Assembly: GCF_021044755.1 (NCBI RefSeq)
Contig: NZ_JAJNOR010000011.1
Span: forward strand, 43,920 to 75,919
Length of the DNA: 32,000 nt
Direction: 5' to 3'
From: Lientehia hominis
Lineage (GTDB): Bacteria; Bacillota; Clostridia; Lachnospirales; Lachnospiraceae
Shown: one piece after another, positions 1 through 7,744 of the stretch
How the letters are laid out: every line of letters begins with the position of its first letter
Position numbering within the stretch: position 1 is the stretch's first letter
Program-made: the position numbers and the translations under genes
Notes under the pieces: model-generated
Databases searched by the model: none
Told to the model about the DNA's origin: nothing
Seen by the model: only the letters and a program-made list of their open reading frames with translations

Positions 1-1098
1 AATGATACGGGATCCACGGATAAAGGACAAAATTCTAAGGATATAAAAAATACATCAGATGCGTCTCAGAGCCAGCCGGCGGAGAACACGACGAACGCAG
101 CGGATCAGCCTGGCACAGAGGCAGAGCCCGAGACGGTTCCCGTTGCAGAGCCTTCTCCTTATGCAGATGTGGCCGTTTCCCGAGTGGGGAATGATGAGGA
201 TTATGTGAATATCCGCGACGCCGCCAGTACAGAAGGTGAGATAGTAGGAAAAATCTACAATAACAGCGCGGCTACGATCGAAGAGACAGTAGAGGCGGAA
301 GACGGAACCTGGTACAAGATCCACTCCGGGTCTGTGGACGGTTATATCAAAGCAGATTACTTTGTGACGGGTGATGAAGCGGAGGCTTTGGCGATTCAGA
401 TCGGAAAGATGTTCGGATATGTGGAAGAAGGCGGCCTGAGAGTGCGTACGGAGCCGAACACGGAAAGCGAAGTGATCACCAAGCTTTACAGCGGTGAGAC
501 TTATACCGTTCTGGAAGAGAAGGACGGTTTTGTGAAACTGTCCCTGGGAGACGATGAAAACGGTGAGGCGATCACCGGATACGTGGCAGAACAGTATGTA
601 GATGTCTATGTGAAGTTTGACAAGGCTATTTCTTTAGAAGAAGAGAAGGCCAAAATTGAAGAAGAGAAGCGGCGTGCGGCTGAAGCACAGGCAGCAGAGG
701 AAGCGGCCAAGAAGGCGGAAGCGGCAGAGGCACAGTCTTCCACCAGAAGCGCCGTGGTGGCTTATGCGAAGCAGTTTATCGGCAATCCCTACGTATGGGG
801 CGGTTCCAGCCTGACGAATGGTACCGACTGCTCCGGTTTTACAAAGGGAGTCATGGCTCACTTTGGGGTATCCATTTCTAGGACCTCCAGGTCCCAGGCG
901 GGAGACGGATATCAGGTTTCCGTCAATAGTGTAGAACCTGGCGATCTGATTTTCTACGCCAGCGGCGGAAGTATTTACCATGTGGCAATCTATATCGGAG
1001 GCGGAAAGATCGTCCATGCCATAGATGAAGCGCATGGAATCGGCATTTCTTCCATGTATTTTACGACACCGTACTGCGCGGTGGACGTGCTTGGATGA
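1..1098 (+). CDS. SH3 domain-containing NlpC/P60 (C40) cell-wall peptidase, 5' partial
   Basis: Frame 1 is open from base 1 with no stop before the listed GTG at 169, so the gene very likely starts upstream of the window. It has a Thr/Ser/Pro/Glu-rich linker, two SH3-like repeats (YVNIRDAAS..GKIY..WYKI and LRVRTEPNTESEVITKLY) and an Ala/Glu/Lys-rich linker. The C-terminal NlpC/P60 core carries the catalytic Cys in GTDCSGF and His in YHVAIYIG. A terminator follows. Confidence 0.85.
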   Translation, partial: NDTGSTDKGQNSKDIKNTSDASQSQPAENTTNAADQPGTEAEPETVPVAEPSPYADVAVSRVGNDEDYVNIRDAASTEGEIVGKIYNNSAATIEETVEAEDGTWYKIHSGSVDGYIKADYFVTGDEAEALAIQIGKMFGYVEEGGLRVRTEPNTESEVITKLYSGETYTVLEEKDGFVKLSLGDDENGEAITGYVAEQYVDVYVKFDKAISLEEEKAKIEEEKRRAAEAQAAEEAAKKAEAAEAQSSTRSAVVAYAKQFIGNPYVWGGSSLTNGTDCSGFTKGVMAHFGVSISRTSRSQAGDGYQVSVNSVEPGDLIFYASGGSIYHVAIYIGGGKIVHAIDEAHGIGISSMYFTTPYCAVDVLG

Positions 1099-1117
1099 CA
1101 ATAACTGAAATATTTAA

Positions 1118-1155
1118 GCGGGTATGCGGTGAGCATACCCGCTTTGTTAATTTTT
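1118..1155. terminator. Rho-independent terminator after the NlpC/P60 gene, possibly bidirectional
   Basis: Perfect 10-bp stem GCGGGTATGC/GCATACCCGC (1118-1127 / 1133-1142) with loop GGTGA, followed by TTTGTTAATTTTT. On the other strand the hairpin is followed by a weaker TTAAATATTT tract, so it could also stop minus-strand transcription arriving from 1215-1632. Confidence 0.75.
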
Positions 1156-1214
1156 ACGATTATACCTTGCCGCACGAAGTGCGCCTGCCCGGAGGGCATG
1201 GATTTAAGGATGCC

Positions 1215-1632
1215 CTTGGGTATGATACTAAATACTTTTTGGAATCATTTATAGTTAGCTCCGATCAAGTTCCGGTTAAGCGCTGGCAGAAGTTCCGGAC
1301 CGCCGCGATTTCGGTTCGCTGGCGATGAAGGGGCCGCTTTATCCCCGCTCCGGCAGTACCGCTCACATGTCGACAGGAAATCTTTATGATTTCCCGTCTC
1401 CTGTTCGCTCAGAAACGGAATCGGTATTTCCGTTTCTGTCTTCCTCCGTCTGGGGAACACCGGCCGCTGCCCTGCGGCGCTCACCTTTAGGCCGGCCCGG
1501 AATCTCTCTGCCGGCGCCCTGCCTGCCGCACTGTACCGGACAAATTTCATTTCTTAGATTCCAGAAAAGGATCGGATATCCGCAAGGCCCGCGCGCCTAC
1601 GGCAGCGGGCCTCCGTGGCCGCTCCAATGGCT
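1215..1632 (-). ncRNA. Candidate unclassified structured RNA, copy A (inverted partner of 10952-11365)
   Basis: The reverse complement aligns by eye with 10952-11365 at roughly nine positions in ten over the core. It contains a perfect 11-bp hairpin (1410-1420 / 1428-1438) and an 11-bp hairpin (1372-1382 / 1388-1398) that is fully paired with one G.U only when read on the minus strand. A 7-bp GC stem lies at 1586-1592 / 1605-1611. ORFs are open on both strands, there is no RBS, and differences between the copies are not biased to third codon positions, so coding is unlikely. Boundaries are approximate. Confidence 0.5.
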
Positions 1633-1722
1633 TTCAAAACAAACTGGAGGTTATTTCGGTGCGGGAAGCGGACTTACTCCTGTCTCCTCTGATTTGCAAA
1701 AATAAGTTTGGTTAAAAGGTAT

Positions 1723-2610
1723 TCAAAGGTATTCCTGCTCCGACCAGGACTGCAGGTATTCGATGAATATCCGGGCGATGGCCGATAAATAAGCATTTTT
1801 GCTTCGGATTACGGAGATACTGGAGGTAAGGCGCTCATCGTCGATCTGTTTCCAGATAATATCCTTATGATGGAACAAGGTCATGGCGGAAGCAGGCAGG
1901 ATTCCGACACCCAATCCGGCGTCAGTCCAGAACGCGGTGGTTCTGGCGTCATCATTTTTACAGAAGGGTGACAGTTCCAGGTCGGCGGAGTGAAATGCTT
2001 CTTCCAGGATACCTTCCCACCGGCGGTAGAGGATCAGCGGCAGGCGGGATAATTCACGAAGTGTAATCTTGCCGGAGGATATCTGCCCGAAAAAACTGCG
2101 GTGTCCGGCCGCCAGGATGGGTTCTTCCTTAAGAGGGATACAATAAAAATCACCTGCTGGAAAAGGCGTCCTTACAATGGCCAGTTCAATGAGGCCGCCG
2201 TGGAGCTTTTCCAGGAGCTGGTACGTGTCGGCTTCTGATATTTCAAACCGGATATCAGGATGGCTTTCGTGAAACTCGCGGAACCATTGACAGAAAAGCG
2301 TGCTGCCCACAGAGGAGACGACGCCGAGACGCAGGGTACCGTGGGAGCCATGTCTGTATTCCTGCAGCTCATCCTTCATCAGGGATGACATATGGAGCAG
2401 AGTGGAGGCGCGGCTGTACATCATACGGCCGGCGTCAGTCAGCTGGATGGAGCGGGGGCCGCGTTCGAAGAGCAGGCAGCCGACCTCGTCTTCCAGAAGA
2501 CGGAGCTGAGTACTGAGAGGCGGCTGAGTCATGTGGAGTTTTTTGGCTGCGGCGGAGATAGTCCCTTCGTTGACCACGGTAATGAAATAAGTCAATTGTT
2601 TAAAATCCAT
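1723..2610 (-). CDS. LysR family transcriptional regulator
   Basis: 295-aa ORF with an N-terminal LysR winged HTH (MDFKQLTYFITVVNEGTISAAAKKLHMTQPPLSTQLRLLEDEVGCLLFERGPRSIQLTDAG) and a C-terminal substrate-binding domain. It is divergent from the ABC exporter pair. Confidence 0.9.
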   Translation of the reverse strand: MDFKQLTYFITVVNEGTISAAAKKLHMTQPPLSTQLRLLEDEVGCLLFERGPRSIQLTDAGRMMYSRASTLLHMSSLMKDELQEYRHGSHGTLRLGVVSSVGSTLFCQWFREFHESHPDIRFEISEADTYQLLEKLHGGLIELAIVRTPFPAGDFYCIPLKEEPILAAGHRSFFGQISSGKITLRELSRLPLILYRRWEGILEEAFHSADLELSPFCKNDDARTTAFWTDAGLGVGILPASAMTLFHHKDIIWKQIDDERLTSSISVIRSKNAYLSAIARIFIEYLQSWSEQEYL

Positions 2611-2631
2611 TTAATCCTCCATTCAGATAAA

Positions 2632-2650
2632 CCATACGAATAAAGTATGG
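2632..2650. promoter_or_regulatory. Candidate LysR-type binding dyad in the divergent intergenic region
   Basis: Inverted repeat CCATAC-N7-GTATGG whose core TAC-N7-GTA fits the T-N11-A LysR-box pattern. It lies between the lysR-type gene start (2610) and the ABC exporter start (2737). A possible extended -10 (TGATAGTAT) sits near 2690-2698. Confidence 0.35.
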
Positions 2651-2736
2651 AAACTATATAAAACAAATAATATTCATATATTAAATTTTATGATAGTATA
2701 GGGAACAGAAAAATGCAAGAATACAGAGGTGAACTT

Positions 2737-4494
2737 ATGAAAAAGCTTCTCGTTTATCTGAAGGATTATAAAAAGGAGAGCATTTTGGGACCGTTTTTTA
2801 AACTCCTGGAAGCATCCTTTGAGCTGCTGGTCCCGCTTGTCATGGCGGCGGTGATTGACACTGGCATCGCCAACCGGGATTCCGGATATGTAATCCGTAT
2901 GTGCCTCATCATGGTTGGGCTGGGAATCGTTGGGCTTGCCAGCTCGGTCACTGCCCAGTATTTCGCGGCGAAGGCGGCGGTGGGATTTGCCACAGGGGTG
3001 CGCCGTGCGCTGTTTTCTCATATTCAAGGGCTGTCTTATACGGAAATGGATACGCTCGGGACATCGACGATGATCACCAGGATGACGAGTGATGTCAATC
3101 AGGCCCAGTCGGGTGTCAATATGACGCTGCGCCTGTTCCTTCGCTCTCCGTTCATTGTATTTGGGGCCATGTTCATGGCGTTTACTATCAATGGGAAAGC
3201 GGCCATGGTCTTTGTGGTCACGATTCCTCTTCTGTCGGCGGTGGTGTTCGGCATCATGCTGGCCACGATCCCGCTGTACCGCAAGGTACAGGCGGGACTT
3301 GACAAGGTGCTGGGGACCACCCGGGAGAACTTGACCGGGGTGCGTGTGCTGAGGGCATTTAATAAGGAAGAGGAAGAACGGGCACGTTTTTCTGAGCGGA
3401 ACGAATCGCTGACCAAGATGCAGATTTTTGCGGGGCGGATATCGGCTCTCATGAATCCTGTCACATATGTGATTATCAACGGCGCGGTGGTGGTACTTAT
3501 CTGGACAGGTGCTATACAGGTGGACAACGGGATCATCACACAGGGAGAAGTCGTGGCACTTGTGAATTATATGTCTCAGATACTGGTGGAGCTCATCAAG
3601 CTTGCAAACCTGATCATCACTATCACGAAGGCTCTGGCCTGCGCCAACCGGATCTCCGCCGTTCTGGATACGGGATCCAGCATGGAAAGCCCCAGGCTGG
3701 AGGAATGGGTCCGCGCCGGTAAAAAGGAAGAAGCCGGTTCTGAGCGGGGCACGGTGGAATTCGATCATGCCTCTCTTATGTATAAGAATGCTGGCGCGGA
3801 ATCATTGACTGATATCCATTTCCGCGCAGAGCGGGGGCAGACCATTGGCATCATCGGAGGGACTGGTTCTGGGAAATCCTCCCTGGTAAATCTGATTCCG
3901 CGGTTCTACGATGTAAGCAGCGGCGAAGTGCTGGTGGACGGCGTAGATGTGAGGGAATATCCGCTTGAAGTGTTGAGGAGCAAGATAGGGGTAGTGCCCC
4001 AGAAGGCAGTATTATTCCGCGGGAGCATACGGGACAATCTGAGGTGGGGTAAAAAGGACGCGACGGACAGCGAGATGTGGGAAGCGTTGGAGCTTTCCCA
4101 GGCAAAGGAATTTGTGGAGAAGAAAGAGGATGGGCTGGATGTCCACATCGCCCAGGGAGGGAAAAATCTTTCAGGCGGCCAACGGCAGCGCCTGACGATT
4201 GCCAGGGCGCTGGTGAAAAAGCCGGAGATTCTGATTCTCGATGACAGCGCTTCTGCCTTGGACTTTGCCACAGACGCGAAGCTGCGGGGGGCCATCCGGG
4301 CCATGAAGGAAAGGCTCACCGTGTTCATCGTATCTCAGAGGGCTTCTTCCATCCAGTATGCTGACCAGATTGTGGTATTGGACGACGGGGAAGTGGCCGG
4401 CATCGGCAGCCATAGCAGTCTTTTGGAAAGCTGCCCGGTATATCAGGAAATTTATTATTCTCAGTTTCCGAAGGAGGACAGACAGAATGGATGA
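2737..4494 (+). CDS. ABC exporter permease/ATPase fusion, heterodimer subunit with degenerate nucleotide-binding site
   Basis: The ORF is 2713..4494. I prefer the ATG at 2737 (MKKLLVYLKDYKK), which has AGAGGTG 5 nt upstream. It has a six-TM exporter domain plus an NBD with Walker A GGTGSGKSS and canonical signature LSGGQRQR. Walker B is ILILDD (Asp replaces the catalytic Glu) and the H-loop is SQR rather than AHR. Confidence 0.9.
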   Translation: MKKLLVYLKDYKKESILGPFFKLLEASFELLVPLVMAAVIDTGIANRDSGYVIRMCLIMVGLGIVGLASSVTAQYFAAKAAVGFATGVRRALFSHIQGLSYTEMDTLGTSTMITRMTSDVNQAQSGVNMTLRLFLRSPFIVFGAMFMAFTINGKAAMVFVVTIPLLSAVVFGIMLATIPLYRKVQAGLDKVLGTTRENLTGVRVLRAFNKEEEERARFSERNESLTKMQIFAGRISALMNPVTYVIINGAVVVLIWTGAIQVDNGIITQGEVVALVNYMSQILVELIKLANLIITITKALACANRISAVLDTGSSMESPRLEEWVRAGKKEEAGSERGTVEFDHASLMYKNAGAESLTDIHFRAERGQTIGIIGGTGSGKSSLVNLIPRFYDVSSGEVLVDGVDVREYPLEVLRSKIGVVPQKAVLFRGSIRDNLRWGKKDATDSEMWEALELSQAKEFVEKKEDGLDVHIAQGGKNLSGGQRQRLTIARALVKKPEILILDDSASALDFATDAKLRGAIRAMKERLTVFIVSQRASSIQYADQIVVLDDGEVAGIGSHSSLLESCPVYQEIYYSQFPKEDRQNG

Positions 4495-6247
4495 TAAATG
4501 GAAAAAGAAAGCCGTCAAAAAGGATACCTTCCGGAAGATATTGAAATACATTCGGAAATACTGGTTTTTTGTTGGTCTGTCTCTGATCTTCGCGGCGGCG
4601 ACGGTGGCTTTGACTTTATATATTCCGATTTTGACCGGCCGTGCCATCGACAGTATCCTGGGTCCGGGAGAGGTAGACTTTAACGGAGTGCGGAATGTGT
4701 TGCAGACGATCGTTGTGGTAATCATTTTGACCTCATTGGCCCAGTGGGTGATGAACGTATGCAACAACAGGATTACTTATCATGTGATCCGGGATATCCG
4801 GAGAGACGCCTTTGGCAAAATAGAGATTCTTCCATTAAGATATATCGACAGCCATTCCTACGGAGAGATCGTGAGTCGTGTGATCGCTGATGTGGACCAG
4901 TTTGCGGACGGACTTCTCATGGGGTTTACCCAGCTGTTTACGGGAGTCATGACCATATTCGGTACACTCGGCTTTATGCTGCTGGTAAATGTGAAGATTA
5001 CACTGGTCGTGGTGCTGATTACGCCGGTCTCCCTGTTTGCGGCCAGCTTTATCGCCAAAAGGACATATTCTATGTTTAAGCTCCAGTCAGAGACTAGAGG
5101 AGAGCAGACGGCGCTCATTGAAGAGGCGATTGGAAATCAGAAAGTCGTGCAGGCTTTTGGACATGAGGAAGAGAGCCAGAAGCAGTTTGACGAGATCAAC
5201 GGCCGCCTGGAAAAATGCTCCCTTCGGGCAACCTTCTTTTCTTCTCTGGTGAACCCGTGTACCCGATTTGTGAATAGTCTCGTGTACACCGGAGTCGGCA
5301 TAACAGGGGCGCTGTCTGCCATAGCCGGGGGAATCAGCGTCGGACAGCTGGCCTGTTTTCTGACCTACGCCAATCAATATACGAAGCCCTTCAACGAGAT
5401 TTCCGGGGTGGTGACGGAGCTTCAGAATGCCATTGCCTGTGCGGCAAGGATTTTTGAGCTTATTGAGGAAGAGCCCCAGGTTCCCGACAGAGCGGATGCC
5501 ATAGAGCTTACGCATGCAGCCGGAAATGTTTCATTGGATCATGTGCGCTTTTCCTATAGTCCGGGGCAGAAGCTGATCGAGAATTTTAATTTGAATGTGA
5601 AGCCCGGACAGAGAGTGGCCATCGTGGGACCGACCGGATGCGGAAAGACTACAGTGATCAACCTGCTGATGCGTTTTTATGATGTGGACAGCGGAGAGAT
5701 CCGGGTGGACGGGACGGAGATTCAGGACATGACCAGAAAGAGTCTTCGGAGCAGCTATGGTATGGTACTTCAGGATACCTGGCTGAGAAACGGCACCATT
5801 AGGGAGAATATTGCAATGGGGCGGCCGGACGCTGCAGAAGAAGAAATCATAGAGGCGGCCAAGGCGTCTCATGCCCACAGTTTCATAAAGCGCCTGCCTC
5901 AGGGCTATGATACCGTTATCGCCGAGGACGGTGATAACCTCTCTCAAGGCCAGAAACAGCTTCTGTGCATTACCAGAGTCATGCTCTGCCTGCCCCCGAT
6001 GCTGATCCTGGATGAGGCCACCTCTTCTATAGATACCAGGACAGAGATTCGGATACAGAAGGCCTTTGCCAAGATGATGGAGGGCAGGACCAGCTTTATC
6101 GTGGCCCACAGGCTTTCCACGATCCGAGAGGCGGATATCATACTGGTGATGAAGGACGGGAATATAGTAGAGCAGGGAAACCACGCCGGTCTGCTGGAGA
6201 AAAACGGGTTTTATGCGAAGCTGTATAACAGCCAGTTTTCGGTATGA
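4487..6247 (+). CDS. ABC exporter permease/ATPase fusion, heterodimer subunit with consensus catalytic site
   Basis: The ORF is 4358..6247. The likely start is the ATG at 4487 (MDDKWKKK), with AAGGAGGA 8 nt upstream, overlapping the upstream stop (4492-4494). Walker A is GPTGCGKTT, Walker B is LILDEATSSID with the catalytic Glu, and the H-loop is AHR. The signature motif is degenerate (LSQGQKQL). Confidence 0.9.
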   Translation: MDDKWKKKAVKKDTFRKILKYIRKYWFFVGLSLIFAAATVALTLYIPILTGRAIDSILGPGEVDFNGVRNVLQTIVVVIILTSLAQWVMNVCNNRITYHVIRDIRRDAFGKIEILPLRYIDSHSYGEIVSRVIADVDQFADGLLMGFTQLFTGVMTIFGTLGFMLLVNVKITLVVVLITPVSLFAASFIAKRTYSMFKLQSETRGEQTALIEEAIGNQKVVQAFGHEEESQKQFDEINGRLEKCSLRATFFSSLVNPCTRFVNSLVYTGVGITGALSAIAGGISVGQLACFLTYANQYTKPFNEISGVVTELQNAIACAARIFELIEEEPQVPDRADAIELTHAAGNVSLDHVRFSYSPGQKLIENFNLNVKPGQRVAIVGPTGCGKTTVINLLMRFYDVDSGEIRVDGTEIQDMTRKSLRSSYGMVLQDTWLRNGTIRENIAMGRPDAAEEEIIEAAKASHAHSFIKRLPQGYDTVIAEDGDNLSQGQKQLLCITRVMLCLPPMLILDEATSSIDTRTEIRIQKAFAKMMEGRTSFIVAHRLSTIREADIILVMKDGNIVEQGNHAGLLEKNGFYAKLYNSQFSV

Positions 6248-6436
6248 TACCCTGCTGAAGAAACAGGAGGAATTCCTATTTTATTCAGGCGGGCCGCCGG
6301 CTGCCGTAATCAGTATCTTTACGGCTTCCGGGCGGTCCTGCAAAGCTGACATGGATAAACCGGTATTTTTCCATGTCAGATTCCAGCAAAAAGATGTGCT
6401 TGATCCTGTAGTAAGTTCGTTTTTTGGTGTTATTTT

Positions 6437-6676
6437 TTATGAAGGCAGCTGATTATCTTTCTTGTCAAACAATCCCCATACCGCTATTACAAGTCCGATG
6501 ACTGCAATTGCAATAAAGCAGTAAAATGCGGGCATAAGTCTATATTGCGATATGTTCCAAAATGAGGAGAATTGACCATTTACCGTCCACTCGTTACTCA
6601 TGCTTCCTGCCAATACTATTGACAAAGAAAGCACGCCTGCAAGAAACATCATTGATCCCAAAACTACTTTTTTCAT
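6437..6676 (-). CDS. Small hypothetical membrane protein (79 aa, about three hydrophobic helices)
   Basis: GGAGG lies 6 nt upstream of the ATG (6683-6687 on the + strand as CCTCC). The sequence is hydrophobic (MKKVVLGSMMFLAGVLSLSIVLAG..FYCFIAIAVIGLVIAVWGLF). It is the first gene of the AT-richer island. I recognise no family. Confidence 0.55.
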   Translation of the reverse strand: MKKVVLGSMMFLAGVLSLSIVLAGSMSNEWTVNGQFSSFWNISQYRLMPAFYCFIAIAVIGLVIAVWGLFDKKDNQLPS

Positions 6677-6957
6677 AAGCTTCCTCCATAAATTGTAATT
6701 TGAATATCAGTAAATCATGACCTCTCAACAGAGGTTACAGTGTTTTAATAAAATCTTCCACAAGCCTTGAAAATAAAGGATTTATCGCAATGTGTTCGCT
6801 TAATCTCTTTATACGGTTACACACAAGTTTACTCTTTCTCTCATTGCTCATAAGGGCAAATGCAAGGGCAAGAAAATCTCATAACAAGATATAACAGAGT
6901 GTGGCATTCGGAGAACTGTGATGTATGTGTGAATATATTATAGCGGAGGATTTTTCA

Positions 6958-7225
6958 ATGGACAAGTATATTTACAATGATAAAAATGGTCTGTGGTATA
7001 AATTGTAGGGAGATTATTATATCCTTTGTCTTATTGAACAGCTATCTTGCGGCTGTTGACAAACAGGCGAAAGATATGTTTCTTCGGTTAGTAAAGCAAA
7101 TGGCGAAGCGTGAGGGCGTGACCGAGTGGCTAAAGGCAGATAATCAAATGGAATGGGTAAAAAAGATGGGCAATATCCATGCAAGAGCAAGGGAAATTGT
7201 TAATGCAGAATTGATATTTTCATAA
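6958..7225 (+). pseudogene. TnpV-like small transposon/ICE protein, disrupted
   Basis: The C-terminal part of ORF 6977..7225 (LNSYLAAVDKQAKDMFLRLVKQMAKREGVTEWLKADNQMEWVKKMGNIHARAREIVNAELIF) matches my recollection of TnpV-type proteins of clostridial Tn4451-like/ICE elements. An N-terminal piece, MDKYIYNDKNGLWYKL-TAG-GDYYI, starts at 6958 in a different frame. That implies a nonsense codon plus an internal deletion or frameshift. The family assignment is from memory, not from a search. Confidence 0.55.
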
Positions 7226-7286
7226 GGATAGTTGGGGAACTGTATTAAAAACGTCGTTCCCCTTTCCTTGATCAAAACACAAAGTC

Positions 7287-7336
7287 TTGACTTTGCCATA
7301 AAAACCAGTATAATATACATATACCCCCAAGAGTAT
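7287..7336 (+). promoter_or_regulatory. Candidate promoter and partial operator of the CsoR-family gene
   Basis: TTGACT (7287-7292), a 16-nt spacer, then TATAAT (7309-7314). This is followed by ATACCCCCAAGAGTAT (7321-7336), a weaker version of the ATACC..GGTAT dyads found upstream of the ATPase. Confidence 0.45.
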
Positions 7337-7348
7337 AGGAGTGTTGCG

Positions 7349-7624
7349 ATGAAACAATGTATGGATGCTGATAATCTGCATCGCAGATTGAAAAAAATAA
7401 TCGGACAAGTACAGGCAATCGACAGAATGATCGATGAAGATGTCCCCTGTGAAGATGTCCTTTCACAGTTAAATGCCGCTAAATCTGCATTGCATAAGTG
7501 CGGACAGGTGGTGCTTGAAGGACACATTAAGCACTGCGTCAAGGACGGGATAGAACACGGGGACGCAGACAAAACGATTGAGGAATTTACTAAAGCGGTA
7601 GAGCGTTTTGCTAATATGGGTTAA
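7349..7624 (+). CDS. CsoR/RcnR-family (DUF156) metal-sensing transcriptional repressor
   Basis: The ORF is 7232..7624. The likely start is the ATG at 7349 (MKQCMDADNLHRRLKKIIGQVQAIDRMI), giving 91 aa, typical for the family, with AGGAG upstream. Family hallmarks are present: L.RI.GQ..ai.rMi, Cys in DVPCEDV, and His-x3-Cys in GHIKHC (an x-C-H-C ligand pattern). Confidence 0.85.
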   Translation: MKQCMDADNLHRRLKKIIGQVQAIDRMIDEDVPCEDVLSQLNAAKSALHKCGQVVLEGHIKHCVKDGIEHGDADKTIEEFTKAVERFANMG

Positions 7625-7637
7625 CGAAATTATTGCG

Positions 7638-7670
7638 AAAAGCAGTTGAAACAGACTGCTTTTTTCTTTT
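7638..7670 (+). terminator. Rho-independent terminator after the CsoR-family gene
   Basis: Stem AAGCAGT/ACTGCTT (7640-7646 / 7655-7661), 8-nt loop, followed by TTTTTCTTTT. Confidence 0.7.
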
Positions 7671-7676
7671 GCATTC

Positions 7677-7728
7677 TTGACAAACCTATACCCCTTATGG
7701 TATTCTGTACCCATACCCCATAGGGTAT
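7677..7728 (+). promoter_or_regulatory. ATPase promoter with two CsoR-type operator dyads
   Basis: -35 TTGACA (7677-7682), an 18-nt spacer, then -10 TATTCT (7701-7706). Dyad 1 is ATACC-N6-GGTAT (7688-7703) and overlaps the spacer and the -10. Dyad 2 is ATACCC-CATA-GGGTAT (7713-7728), just downstream of the -10. RBS GGAGGG (7734-7739) precedes the ATG at 7745. Confidence 0.6.
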
Positions 7729-7744
7729 AGAACGGAGGGCCTCA

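Noticed and set aside
1215-1632. The repeated element being a known housekeeping or regulatory RNA (tmRNA, RNase P, SRP RNA, 6S, T-box, cobalamin/FMN/glycine/c-di-AMP/Mg riboswitch, group II intron domain V)
   Set aside because: I looked for the hallmark strings of each family. These were GAGGAAAGTCC for RNase P, the tRNA-like CCA end and tag ORF for tmRNA, GGAAGCAGCC for SRP, GGTGGTACCGCG for the T-box, the B12 box, and a symmetric 34-nt D5 hairpin. I found none. This is eyeballing, not a covariance-model search, so a known family is not fully excluded.
1245-1705. ORFs 1245..1550 (-) and 1325..1705 (+) as protein-coding genes
   Set aside because: They overlap each other on opposite strands inside the GC-rich repeat and have no RBS. 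Their products are Arg/Pro/Gly/Ala-rich low-complexity strings. Differences from the second copy are not concentrated at third codon positions. They are best explained as chance open frames in a GC-rich structured non-coding element.
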